DNA of 64,000 bases from Octopus sinensis (GCF_006345805.1 NW_021833462.1:1-64000); one strand, 5' to 3'; shown: positions 12,831-26,463, numbered from the stretch's first letter. Program-made: numbers and translations. Notes: generated by a model from the sequence alone, not told the origin.

Positions 12831-13729
12831 AGGCGCGAGGTCATGATCCTAATGTACTTTACACCTAGTTAAGTACACAGACACACAGACACACACACAC
12901 ACATACACATACACATCCATATCCGTATAATCTTGAATAATATATTAATTAATATTTCTGCTCCTGCCTTGCTTCTCCTTCTACCGACGTTCAAATTATT
13001 TATTAATATTGCTGTAGCTGCGGTTAGAATTCGATATTTCTATTATAAATCAATATATTTGCTGTTGCAGTTGCTGCTGCTGCTACCATTAATGCAAATG
13101 CTGCTGCTGTTGTTCATGTTGTTCCTGCAGCTGATGTCACTCTTGCAGCTGTAGCAGCTGTTTTCGTTTACGCATCTCCAGGATATATTTCACCGATTTC
13201 AGCAAACAAAACCACGGCTCCAAATCACTTCATCCCAGAATGCACGCTCGCAGACTTGCAGAAACACACTTGCATTCATATGCACAAAGACAGATATACA
13301 TACATAGATGTAAATATAGGTGAACATACACACACAAACGCACGCATACACACACACGTGTGTGTTTATTACATATATATGCATGCGTACGTATAAAGTT
13401 GTTTGTGTATCTAGAAACATGGATAAATAGACAGATAAATGGTCATTATACAGATCTTAGATTCTGTCCTCCTACTTTCCGCTGATGACTTTATCACAGC
13501 TTTATGATATATATATATATATTTGATTTGGATGTATTTCTCCATTTTCTTATTTTGTATTATGAATTTGTGGTAAAACATTTTACCTTTGCCCATATAA
13601 TACAGTAAATGAATTAATTGCATCGCAATTCTTAACATTTATGTATTAACTTTGTTGGGTACTTCACTAGCAGTATATTGGATATATGTTATCCCATGGA
13701 GGGTTGCATTTACAACCCCTATCTCAATT

Positions 13730-13761
<32 letters not shown>

Positions 13762-13769
13762 AATATTTA

Positions 13770-13974
13770 TGTGCGACCGCGTGTGTACCGTTGGCGATTT
13801 TTTTCCACCGTCTTCCCTTCTTTGGATCTTTCCTTTTCCAATGTTTCTGACGAAGAGCTCCGCTCGAAACGTTAAGCACTCCTTCTTTCCTTATTTCCTG
13901 AGCGTCCAATAATACTATACTTGTTCCACGTCCTCGTGTTGCTGTGTTTTCTCTTGGTGTTTTCATGTTTGGAT

Positions 13975-13980
<6 letters not shown>
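13770..13980 (+). mobile_element. Penelope-like pseudo-LTR fragment between (TA)n tracts
   Basis: (TA)n on both sides; contains a minimal hammerhead; shares TTCCTGAGCGT..TAATAC with 18278-18475. Confidence 0.65.
13842..13878 (+). ncRNA. Minimal type I hammerhead ribozyme
   Basis: UGUUU-CUGACGA-A-GAGC(UCC)GCUC-GAAA-CG-UU^-AAGCA; stem III reduced to the ACGU palindrome. Confidence 0.7.
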
Positions 13981-14026
<46 letters not shown>

Positions 14027-14859
14027 ATATATATATTCAGCTGTGAATTTGTGTACCTTTAAGACCACTTTTTACGATGGCGATGCTTATATTTTAATAT
14101 GTTATCGCTGAAAACAAATTCTATCTTCATATTTATGAAGCCCGCTGCAAAAACACTACGCAACATGAATATTTAGTTCTGCTTCAGGAATATTTATGAG
14201 CTGTATATACCGGCTTTGTGTGTGTGTGTTTAATAAAATATTTTACCTTGCTCCAACTTTTAATCTTTGTTATTTCTCTAAACCCGAGCATAACTCAGAC
14301 CGGCAATCCTTGTCTTTCCTCCATCGTTGAAGGAAGAAGCTGCATCTTTCTCTTATTTGCTTCCTATTAGGTGTTATACCTTTTTTATTCTCGTTTCTTA
14401 CTAAGGCGTATATCCGCTTTTATTCTGTCACTCTTCTTTTATGATTCCATATTACTGCCATATTATATTTTCTTTTCACGTCGCCATCATATTTCTTTAG
14501 TTACTTATTTATAATAAAACTTTTGCTCATGCATTGAATAGGACATTTTCTACCTGCCTCATATATGCATGTGTATCTGTGTGTGTGTGTGTGTCTGTTT
14601 GTGTGTGTGAGTGTATACACATACAGATATTCATGTGTATGCACATTTATATATGTTTGTGTATATATTCCCAAAATAAATGTTTGTTTCTATGTATGTA
14701 TGTATGTATGTATGTAAATATATATATATATATATATACATACATACATACATACATACATACATACATGTATACATATATATCTATATATACATATATA
14801 TATAAAATATATATATATATGTGTATTACACATATATATTATAATATTATATATATATA

Positions 14860-14891
<32 letters not shown>

Positions 14892-15431
14892 GTATGCATG
14901 TATACACACGAAAAGAGAGAGTTTATACTTTATATATATCTGGATGCTCCTGGAATATCCTGGAACAGACTGGAAGATCCTGGAAGTGCTTGTCGTAAAT
15001 CTTGGCTTTGAAAGTTTTACTTAAACCGGAATAGGGTGGCATTGCATTGTGTGTCAGCGATCTTATCCTCGCCATAAAAATACAGGACAATATATCGCAA
15101 TGGCTGGAGATTCAAGAACCGACAGCTCTTCAGTATCTGTCCAAATGATTTCGGAGACTTCTATGAGGTGGTTCTAGATGTTTTAAAAACAGTACTGGAT
15201 CTCTTATCAAGAGAACTGAATATACAGGATTTGCAGAAGGAAACACGAATGAGGAAAGTAACATCATTCTCCCTCATTCGCCAAACACCAACTATTAAAG
15301 GTGAATTCTTGAAGATGTAGCGAAACCAATTTTCTTTGTGTACGTATTATCATTACGGTTACGAGCAGGAAGTTTTAATCGAAAATATGCATTTGTGTAT
15401 ACACATGTATATCTATTCGCGTGTACTTGCC

Positions 15432-15556
15432 CACACACACACGCACGTACACACACACGCACGTACACACACACGCACGTACACACACACGCACGTACAC
15501 ACACACGCACGTACACACACACGCACGTACACACACACGCACGTACACACACACGC
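15432..15556. repeat. 16-bp minisatellite (CACACACACGCACGTA) x7+
   Basis: GCACGTA recurs every 16 bp from 15443 to 15539. Confidence 0.95.
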
Positions 15557-15786
15557 AAATTGACCTGCTTAGACGCATACTTATACATAAGTGCCTAATG
15601 AGCAGGTCATTTGTGCTACGGATTGGGGAGGGAAGCCAAGAACGATTTCTCTGAGAAACGATTAAGAATGTTTTCACACTTTTCCCGCATTTCGATAGCA
15701 AAGAAAAATGTAAACATTTCTTATTCTAATTTAACTCTTATTCAGGCTTTATATTATTGTAATTAAGCTATAATTTATGCTGTTTT

Positions 15787-15802
15787 GTCTATCTATCTAT
15801 CT

Positions 15803-15857
<55 letters not shown>

Positions 15858-15858
15858 G

Positions 15859-15928
<70 letters not shown>

Positions 15929-15929
15929 C
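15787..15929. repeat. (TATC)n microsatellite
   Basis: Visible directly. Confidence 0.97.
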
Positions 15930-16306
15930 ATACACACACGCTAATATCGAAAAGCGAGAGAAGTGCACATATTTTGTTTGAATGTGAATTACCTCAAATG
16001 TGTATTTATATCTATAAATTTGGATGTGCACCGAGCCTTCTCATTTAAAAGCTTAGGGAATTAATCAATTCATGGTAGAGTTCCTTGCAAAGATCCCAGG
16101 GCTAATGGAAGGGAGAGCACAATTAAGGTTTCCGTATCTATATACATACATGTATTTATCCCTAAATCCAGCACTGTCTCATGTAAGCTCGTGTAATCTC
16201 GTGTATTCTCATCCAAACTGGAGATGCGTACGTGCATTCTCGTTTGGCTGGACCATTGTTAAGACATTTCTCTTTGCATGAAGCCAATTGTAGCCTCGTT
16301 AACCCG

Positions 16307-16340
<34 letters not shown>

Positions 16341-16960
16341 TAAAAACGGTAAGATAACAAAAGAAAGAAGGAGTCCTCAATATTATGTAAATAGAGGAAT
16401 TTATCTGTAAATGTAATATGTGACAATTTTTAGAAAAAAGTTAAAATCGGACAGAACTTTTGGGATGAACTAATACTTACCGAATTAGATTCTCGTGGCC
16501 AACTAACGAAAGGGTCGAAAATAGGGAACTAAATAAGGACTGCAGTAGATACATATTCCTTTAACGCATTCTAGCTGTGAATGGAGTTATATGAGAAAGT
16601 ATTGAATTTGTTTATTCACAATAATTTTGTTTTTTTATTACAGAAGTGAAAAGCATTAAAGTAAAACCATTATTCCTAAGAGGCCATGTGACTGTGTTGA
16701 CCACAGGCAACAGAAACTGGGTCAGTATAAGTGCTGCATCACAGCGATTCTATTTCAACTGTATGTTACAATGAATTGTCTCTGATTAAATACACAATAT
16801 ACTTAAAAGTATATTAATGAAGCCGAATACAAAAACGTTTTTTTTTAATATCCTAATTAATAAGTGAGACTCGGGGGATTAAATTCGATGAGCAAGACAA
16901 TTACAATACATAAATTTTTAATTACTCAAAATTGTGCACTTGTATGAATATATAAGTCTT

Positions 16961-17047
<87 letters not shown>

Positions 17048-17048
17048 G

Positions 17049-17101
<53 letters not shown>
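16961..17101. repeat. (TATC)n microsatellite
   Basis: Visible directly. Confidence 0.97.
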
Positions 17102-17244
17102 TTATGTGCCAATATGTATATATGTAATATTTTTGGACGAATGGTTACATGTCGATTGGTGTGCTGAAGTCTTGAGTAGAGCACTAACACAGTTTGGGCT
17201 ACCTGGTGTCGGTACTTCAGGAATTTCGCAGTGTTAGTTGAGAC

Positions 17245-17257
17245 AATGATAATGATG

Positions 17258-17325
<68 letters not shown>

Positions 17326-17382
17326 TATAATAATAATTATAACAACAACAACAAAAACAACAACAGCAACAACAATAATAAT
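17245..17382. repeat. (AAT)n/(AAC)n microsatellite
   Basis: Visible directly. Confidence 0.95.
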
Positions 17383-17523
17383 TTCTAAGTAAAGAGAAAA
17401 TGGATTTGGTTTTAATCTTTATTCTGTACAGTAGTCGTTTTGACCAACCCTGCTTAGTGAGTGGGATTGACCGGATGGGCGGGTGGCCAACGTCCTCTGT
17501 GTAAATGCAGGACGAACGAAAGA

Positions 17524-17610
17524 ATGTGTGTGTATGTGTGTATACGCCTCCTGGTCTAAGTTAGCTAAACAATCTTTCGCCACCGCTAGATATTACAGCC
17601 TGCATATATG

Positions 17611-17643
<33 letters not shown>

Positions 17644-18025
17644 TGTCCTTCTTCTAATATCATTCCTGTGTCTTAAACCCAATGGGACTCATTTCAACAT
17701 GTTTGCACTTCGTCAGTTTTGCTGTCTGAGTCTCATCAGGTTCATCTGTACATAAATGTTTGTGTCTCGCTGAAAATTCTTTGTGTTTTGGGTGTAATGT
17801 TGTTATATACTTGACTGGTTAGGGAATGAGACATCACTAGAAAATTCTATTACTCTTACCTTTTTTCAATAAGAGTTGCAAGGATTTGCAAATATAGGCA
17901 AATAATTCTTGATAAAAAAGACAAAAGAATTTTTTAAAAAAACTCGAAGGGGAAGTTAATGGTTGGATTGAGTTACATTGGAATAAAAACAGAGGAATGG
18001 TATTAGAAGAAGGAAGGGATATATA

Positions 18026-18120
<95 letters not shown>

Positions 18121-18273
18121 TGTGTGTGTGTGTGTGTGGTGTTGTGTGTGAGTGTGTGTGTGTTTGTGCGTGTGTGTGTATGTATATATATATGCAGGCT
18201 TCAACATCTAGCAGGAGCGAAAAATTGTTTAGCTAGCTTAGACCAGGATGCGTATACACACATACACACACAT
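17524..18273. repeat. Long imperfect inverted repeat (MITE/foldback-like)
   Basis: Arm 17524-~17700 (TATACGCCTCCTGGTCTAAGTTAGCTAAACAAT...CCTTCTTCTAATATCATTCCT) is the reverse complement of arm ~17960-18273 (AGGAATGGTATTAGAAGAAGG...ATTGTTTAGCTAGCTTAGACCAGGATGCGTATA). Confidence 0.85.
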
Positions 18274-18277
18274 ATGC

Positions 18278-18475
18278 ATCATGATAGATCGTTAGCCACT
18301 ACACACATTTTTTTCTCTCCTTGTTTCTCTCCTTGTTTTTTCTGTGTCCCTTTCTGTAGAAGAGCGTAGGCTCGAAACGTAAAAGACTTTTTCTATTCCT
18401 GAGCGTTACACTAATACATCTGTTTGTTTTGTACACCACCTGTCTTCGTCTTTTGTTTTTTGCGTAAACTCTTCT
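18278..18475 (+). mobile_element. Penelope-like pseudo-LTR fragment ending in (TA)n
   Basis: Same organisation as 13770-13980; contains a hammerhead-like motif. Confidence 0.6.
18346..18387 (+). ncRNA. Minimal hammerhead-like motif with variant core (CUGUAGA)
   Basis: CUUU-CUGUAGA-A-GAGC(GUAG)GCUC-GAAA-CG-UA^-AAAG; one core position departs from CUGANGA. Confidence 0.55.
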
Positions 18476-18607
18476 ATATATATATATATATATACACACA
18501 TACATTTACTCACGCATATGTGTATGTGCGTGTGTATCGAAGAAAGATGTGGAAACCAGATAAGGACAAAGACAAACAAACAATAGAAAGAAAGAGAGAG
18601 AGAGAAA

Positions 18608-18772
18608 AAGAAGAAGAAGAAGAAGAAGAAGAAGAAGACGAAGAAGAGAAGAAGAAGAAGAAGTAGAAGAAGAAGAAGAAGAGAAGAAGAAGAAGGAAGA
18701 AGAAGAAGAGAAGAAGAAGAAGAAGAAGAAGAAGAAGAAGAAGAAGAAGAAGAAGAAGAAGAAGAAGAAGAA
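18608..18772. repeat. (AAG)n microsatellite
   Basis: Visible directly. Confidence 0.97.
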
Positions 18773-19350
18773 AAAGGGAGAGAGAGAGATAGAGGTCATC
18801 TTGAGTAGTTAACTATAGCAAACGAAAGTCTCAATTAGACATAGATTGTAGTCAGAATTGTCGTAACAGTCTGTATCTAAGAATTGGTTAGATCAAAAGA
18901 CATTCAGCTAATCGATATCTGGTGTGTGTGACAATCACACTACTCAATACTTGTCATCAATAGATTCCCCACCGCCACGCCTATACACATTTCATTATAT
19001 TACATTCCAGCTTCGGCGTAAGTAGGATTATCGATCTTGTAGTTGTTAACAAATTTTCTTTGATCCACTGCGATTCTTTCCCCGGAACGTTTTGATTATT
19101 TTCTCGAAGAATGCACAAGACTTAGAGTTGCGGCTTACTTTAGTGGCTGCTTATATCGTAATAAAAGACAACTACGTGTGATGCCGAACGTGTGGTAGCG
19201 GTGGTGGTGGGTGATGGTGGTCGTTGTGTTGGGGACTTCATTGTTGTTGGGGTTCGTGATCGACTCGCAGATATATTGCAATTTTTAATATTGTATCGAC
19301 AATGCATACGTTTGTGTGACCATCACAGCTAATATATATATATATATATA

Positions 19351-19391
<41 letters not shown>

Positions 19392-21145
19392 TATATATAT
19401 ACAATTGCAGCGTGGAAGGTGTTTGTAAGCCATTAAGAAACACACAAAAGCCGTTCGATTCACTTCAACTTTAAGTGCTGCATCTATATATATATATATT
19501 ATAATATACATATATATATATATATATATATAAATACTTAGACATCCACACACGGACGCACGCCCACTCACACACGCGCGCGCACGTACGCGATTCTTCA
19601 TCGACAGCGATTTCATTTTCCCTTCATCCTCAACTCGAAGATATGGGCACAAGTTTCCAGTCTCGATAACATCAACCAAATTATTTGTTTTACTCTCTAA
19701 CCACCGTTGCCAACTTTTATTCTACTCCCATCTTCTCCAAAACAGCATCGTTCGTTCTATTGGCCACGCAACTGGCCTGCAACGCATTATTCCCGTGGTA
19801 CGTTATCTCGTAAGCCCTCGGCCACGTCAAGTACTGTATCCATGATTAGGTTTCATGCTTTGTTACCCATTCTTGTAACAGATCTGTAAGATGAGCTAGT
19901 GAACAGCGGACCACACGAGAGAGGTTTTCGTTGCAACGTTGAAGATTGCAAACACCGCTTGTTGCTCAGGTTGCTGTAACATAGTCGTCACCACCCACAT
20001 TAGTAAGAGCTTGTTAAGAATCCTGCTGAAGATGATTGATTAGCTTGTCGAAGTATTATTTGACGATGTTTGGGGTTTCCTATCCTAAAAGACTGGGTAT
20101 AAAAGAGCAGATTTGTGGCACAGGATCACCATGGAGAAAACCAGGGAATAGAGTGTTTTATTATATATAGAGTTCTATAAAAGAAAACAAAAAAACTTTC
20201 GCCTCACTCAAGTTTTCTACGTTGTGAAATGTGTTACAGATGATGGGGTTGTAAGTTCAGCAACCGATTTCCTGTGCAGACTGTACAATGGACATCAGAC
20301 GTCTCTTAGGGTGGAACGCGAGTTCGTCGGCAGGTATAAAAACCGAAAGAAATTCGATAAAGGTGGCTCGTTTCACCTGTCTACTGTAACCTTTGTTGTA
20401 TAAGGTGAGGTGGAGGTCGGCTGAATCGGTGTGTACGTGCGACAGCGGCCAGTGGTTTAAAGAATAAGACGTATGACCGTGTGGCAATATTCATGTATGC
20501 TTGAATGTGTGTATTGTTCTCTATAATTTTCTTGACTTTATTTCTTTATCTGGTGGTAGTGAAGGGTGGGGTTGAGGCTAAAAGTATGTTGTCACTCGTT
20601 GCGGCAACATTAAAAGTTATTCCAATTTACTATTACTTCTCTAGTTTAAACTTCCAAAACTCCACATTTTATTGCATTTAACCCGGATTTTTTGCTTCTA
20701 TGGCATCATGTGCACACTCTTTAATTATAGTTTAAGTTTAAAAGTCTATGTTGGTGGTAGAGATAATCTCAACCAAGAAACTATGTGTAAAGGGAGTCCG
20801 AGTGCGTATGTGTGTGTGTGTGTGTGTGTGGTTTGTGCGTAATATCATACCTTGATACATAGATAGCCGCCGAGAGTCCGCTGCTATATGTAATCATAGC
20901 TATTTAGTTTAAAATCTTCTAATTTGGACGGTCAAAATCGTGATAGGACTTAAGTCTAGTGGTTAACGCGGATAAACGTTTTCTTCCCCGTCAGTCGCAC
21001 CTGCGCCCGCGCACACGCAGACAAACATACTCATACACACACACTCGTATATATTAATATACACATGCATATACACACACACACACACGTTTGAGTGGAT
21101 ATATATATATATACATATACATATATATATACATACATACATACA

Positions 21146-21204
<59 letters not shown>

Positions 21205-21271
21205 TATATTATATATATATACACACACACAAACACGCACACACACATATATATATATATATATAATATAT

Positions 21272-21302
<31 letters not shown>

Positions 21303-22372
21303 GCTTGTGTGTGTGTTTCCGCGTGTGCGCATGTATGTGTGTATTTCTGTATAATGCTAGGCTGAATACCTTCCACACCCAACCATAACAGTTATATCTC
21401 CAATAATCTATAGATAGAGACTAAAGCCAAATTCTCTGGAAATCTGCTTCTGAGACTTTCTTCATCAATCTAACTTCACAAACATCAATATTTTATACAT
21501 CAACAGCTCTTACGTTGTTGTTATTCTTGTCGTTGTTATTGATGTCATTCCTTGCTATTGCCATTATTTGTAATGTTCTCCTTAATGCTATTGTTTTTCC
21601 TCATTCTTACTGCTTTTGATATATAAGTGTCGTAATTTTGTTGGTGATGTCGTTGTTGGTTGTGTCATGTTTGTTTGTTGTTGTGATCGCCTAGCTGTTG
21701 TTTTATTATAGTCCGAGTTCAACCTTGAAGCATTCCAGCCGTGGCCATCTCCACATTATTTTTGAAGTATATAGGCATACTCCATTTAATATATCTTGAA
21801 CTTATTTCAAGAGGTTCGTGCTGTGTTTTGTGGGATCACTTGGTTATTATTTCTAGCTTTTGGAGCGAAATTCTCGTTAAGAGATGGAGCTGAACAGATA
21901 AAGTAATCTTTTTTCGATTGAAATTCAGAATTGAGAATATAAAGGGGCGAAGAGGAGCTAAATACTATTGGGAATTTAAACCGGCATTGTGCTATTTAGA
22001 AATCCATCGCAACATTTAATCTGGCACCATGCTTCATTACACTTCCTATCTCCCCTAGCGTATACTTGGTTTGGTTTTCGCTTTAATCCATCATCCCTTA
22101 TGAAGGGAAAATATAAACAGGGACAAATAGCTAAAGCCCCAAAAGCAGCGAATTGACAGAGGGTTTCGTCCCTTCATCCATCAAATATCAATCAGTCTAC
22201 TGGGGTCCCATATTTCGGGTTTTCTCTCTTTTGCCCCCTTTCATCTTTCTTTTTTTTTGTTCGGAGTCGGAGAGTAATCGCTGTGGGAAGAGCTGCGTGA
22301 GGCCTCTCACAGCGTTCACATTTTAAAAAGGAAAAAAAAAATATATATAATAAAAACCCTAAGAATCTTGTT

Positions 22373-22501
22373 CACCAACCGCATGGTTCCGGGTTCAGTC
22401 CCACTGCGTGGCACCTTGGGCAAGTGTCTTCTACTATAACCTCGGGCCGACCAAAGCCTTGTGAGTGGATTTGGTAGACGGAAACTGAAAGAAGCCTGTC
22501 G

Positions 22502-22536
<35 letters not shown>

Positions 22537-22760
22537 GTATGTGTGTGTTTGTGTGTCTGTGTTTGTCCCCCTAGCATTGCTTGACAACCGATGCTGGTGT
22601 GTTTACGTCCCCGTTACTTAGCGGTTCGGCAAAAGAGACCGATAGAATAAGTACTGGGCTTACAAAGAATAAGTCCCGGGGTCGATTTGCTCGACTAAAG
22701 GCGGTGCTCCAGCATGGCCGCAGTCAAATGACTGAAACAAGTAAAAGAGTAAAAGAGTAA
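22373..22760 (+). mobile_element. SINE family B, slightly 5'-truncated
   Basis: High identity to the other B copies. Confidence 0.92.
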
Positions 22761-23364
22761 GTGCTTAGTCCATCTCATATAGAATAAAATGTTATATTTG
22801 ATAAAAGTCGGAGGATGAGTCTGTGCTTTGGGTAATTCATCGATCAACGGCGCTCCAGCCGAGACTACCTCATTATTTTTATAAACGGCAGATTGTTGTT
22901 TTAGGCATATTAAGCCTTTATTTTTACAAGCCTACCTAATAACCGTGTAGATGCTCTCTTGTTTACTGTAGATCGAGATTGTAAGATAAACACAATCTAA
23001 ATAGTTGTGGAACTCTAGATGTCATGAAACCAGTTCGACATTCTTTAGAGATATGAGTATTATGTAATGATGTCGATGAATAGTAAGGCATTGTGACTGA
23101 CAAAATGACGTAGAGAACCAGCCTCTCCCTTTCTCCGCTTAAATCTCTCTCTCTTCTTCTCTTTCAGCACTTACCCTACAAACCCTGATAAGATTTTGAA
23201 ACTGAAGTTTCATCAGGTTTACGTAATAACTTCATAAACTGAATCTACGTTAGAACATGTAAACAAATCAAATTGATAACAATTTAGACACACATAACAG
23301 ACACACAAACAATACGTCACATGCACTACCTTGCATTAGATATATGAGTTACATACATTGCGTA

Positions 23365-23581
23365 CCAGGGGCTGCTGACAAGTTTCTGGCTTTGGTTTCA
23401 TGAAAATACAGGAGAATCGGTTAATTGTGATTTTATTTAACGTATTCCACTCTCAGATTCGCACACTTATCGCAGCGGTCATTCAGTTCTTCTAAGCTCT
23501 GCAAAAGAGCTCGGAAGATTGGTATTCCGTGCATGCCTTTCCCGAAACCCTTAAAGCCAGAAACTTTTCAGCACCCGCCCG
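23365..23581. mobile_element. Tc1/mariner-type MITE
   Basis: TIRs GGGGCTGCTGACAAGTTTCTGGCTTT and AAAGCCAGAAACTTTTCAGCACCCG; TA on both flanks. Confidence 0.8.
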
Positions 23582-23724
23582 TACACGCATGCAAGCATAG
23601 ACACATACATCGATACATAGATACATGCACAAGTAGTTATATACACACACAAGTAGCTACACTTATACACATACAGTAGCTAAAAATAAACACAAATGCA
23701 TAGTTTCATATATACACCCATAGA

Positions 23725-23957
23725 AGGGCGACGAGCTGGCAGAAACGTTAGCACGCCGGGCGAAATGCGTAGCCGTATTTCGTCTGTCGTTACGTTCTGA
23801 GTTCAAATTCCGCCGAGGTCGACTTTGCCTTTCATCCTTTCGGGGTCGATAAATAAAGTACCAGTTTCCCACTGGAGTCGATGTAATCGACTTAATTCCT
23901 TTGTCTGTCCTTGTTTGTCCCCTCTATGTTTAGCCCCTTGTGGGCAGTAAAGAAATA
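23725..23957 (+). mobile_element. SINE family C, full monomer with tail type 1
   Basis: 18-bp TSD CATATATACACCCATAGA (23707-23724 and 23958-23975); A box TGGCAGAAACG, B box GAGTTCAAATTCC. Confidence 0.95.
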
Positions 23958-26463
23958 CATATATACACCCATAGATACATCAATAAATATATAGTTACAT
24001 TTACTCGTAAAACCATCCATGCAGTCGATACATACATGACTAAATTTGAAAGGGAGAATGTGAGAAGGCAGACGATGTATACAAGACTGGCATCAACTGA
24101 CCATTCGCTCTGAAATAGTGAAATTGACCGAATAAAACAAGAGAAAATGGCGGAAAAATCGGTTTCGTCTCAAATGTTGTATTGAGTTACCAGAACATTG
24201 TTTAGATCAATCAGGGTATATTGTTATCATTCCATTATACTTGATTGTAGTTAAGTATAATTGTTTGTTTTGAGGAACGAAACATGTCACAACCGACATA
24301 ACAGTTCGAATTTTATACAGAGCGTGTGACTAGGAATATTTCATAGATTTTTAAGGTCAGATGTGACAGTCATTGAATGTCATATATTATCAGTAAAGCA
24401 GCTCCTGATAAAAGCCAATCTCTAGAAACAAATATATCAGTCAAGCGTTTAAAGGTGAGGCAAGCAACATCATGTGAGCGGGAGAGAAACACTTGAGTGT
24501 CTCTCATGTGAAAACACAACTGATGAGTCGAATGAGAGAAAGGGGTTGGGTGGAGAGAAGGGTGTAATTGAGTGAGAAAGAGGGTGGGTGAGAGAGGGAG
24601 AGTGGGGTGGGGGTGAGTGAAAGTGGGGGAGTGAGCGAAAGAGCGGGTGAGTGAGAGACGGAAAGTGAGTGAGAAGCGGGGGCGGATGAGAAACTGATTG
24701 CATTTCAATAACCTGATATGCTTTAGAAAGTCATTGCTGAAACCTCTTTGATCACATGTCTTTATGCAAAGGGATGAACACCAGCTACGTAACAAAAGCA
24801 ACAACAACGACAACAAATCTTATGTATGCAAATTTCACACCTCCACGTGAGAACCGGGTCAATGTTGACTCATCGTTGCCACTCCTGAAACCCTTACCTC
24901 TACATTACGTTATATTTAGAAGGTTATGCCGTTGCAGTCTTGAAACAAAAGATGAATAGCTGAAAGATAGCTGGGGACCAAAAAAATATAGTGAAGCCCT
25001 TCTAAAATAATGTTTACGTCACATTTTTATGGAATATCTTTCAAAAATTTAATTGCATTTGATCGGTAATATTATTTAAATACAAAGTGTCTATGAGTAT
25101 TTTTATTAATATATTATTATATGCCGTCTTCAAGTACATTGATGTTTCCTGCAGTTCATGGGTTTTTAGTGTTTCAACAGCCAGAGATCCTCACCCAGTT
25201 GATCCAGCCAGCTTGTCCCCACCAGTGCCTCAAGAAACACTACCCCTTCCAGACTTCCCCCTTTCTGATTCACAGCCATTTCGAAGCTAGTTCTGTTGTC
25301 TTCATAGTCAATGCGATTACCATTCACTCACAATATATTGTGTTGTCCTAAGACTTTTTGACATATACAAGGGTGCCTAAATTTGGAGGAGGGTGAATGT
25401 CGAGCCCCATACTTTAATTCTCAGCCTCGAATGGACGAAATGTCGATATTTGGACTCAGGATGCAATGGTTTGTATGTTAATACTCTCAATTCATCTAAC
25501 AAATTTGACAATTCCCCATCCTCAATTTTTTCTCACACAAATACAAAGCCAGATGTTTGTGGGAGCGATTAGTCGATGAAGTCACGCCAGCTCTATGGTA
25601 GTTGGTATTTAATTTAATCGACCCCAGATAAATAAAATGCAAAACAGACCTCAGTGAAATTTGAACTCAGAAAATATAAGCGATGTAAGAAAATACAGCC
25701 AGACATATTGTCCAGTACCTAAAATATTTTACTTACATTGCGTCAAACAGCAGTCTCGTTTCAATACTATGGATACAGGTACAATGTTTATAATCGTACC
25801 TCCGTTCTATACAAGTAAAAATCTTTCAGTTGTCCACCATCCGGGATTTGATAATAGGTCTGTAATGACTACGTATCTCATTCTCATTCTCCCATTCTGT
25901 CAGTCATAAATGAAGGGCAAATGTCTGAAAAGTTAAACTCTACAACCCCCAAATCAACGGAACGGTTTTAACCTAATTTTTGAATCATCTGACGGATTAA
26001 GTAACGCCAATCATAGATTTGAGTTTCCAAATGTGTCGTACTCATCCGGGGTGGAGCTCGAGATTAAGAGAGCTACAAGAACAGCAACAAAAACAAAATA
26101 ACTCTAAATTAAAAAAAAAACCTCTCGGAAAGTTAATAAGGTCATGTACAATATAGTTTTCGTGTTTCCTGAATTTCATATAATATGAGAGCAAAAGATT
26201 CCTGAGTAAAGAAATTGATGAATGGTGACAAGAAGGAAGAAAAGGAAGAAAAGGAGATGAGAATTTATGAGAGACTGCGATGTTCACGCACCAAGATATG
26301 GAGATAGATAGAGAGAGAGAGAGATAGTGAAAACAAATGGTTTGTGTATATACGTATGTAACTATTTCAGAGACGGAATGAAAGAGTATTGGTGGTAGAT
26401 TGTAAAAACGAGAAAGGGAGAGAGAAATGAGATGTAGTGGGAGAGAAAGAATATATGCATACA

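Noticed and set aside
13470-13510. CTGATGA next to a TA tract
   Set aside because: No stem II or GAAA before the sequence runs into (TA)n.
23180-23222. Minus-strand CTGATGA-AAC(TTCA)GTT hammerhead-like start
   Set aside because: Followed by TCAAAA instead of GAAA, with no adjacent stem I partner.
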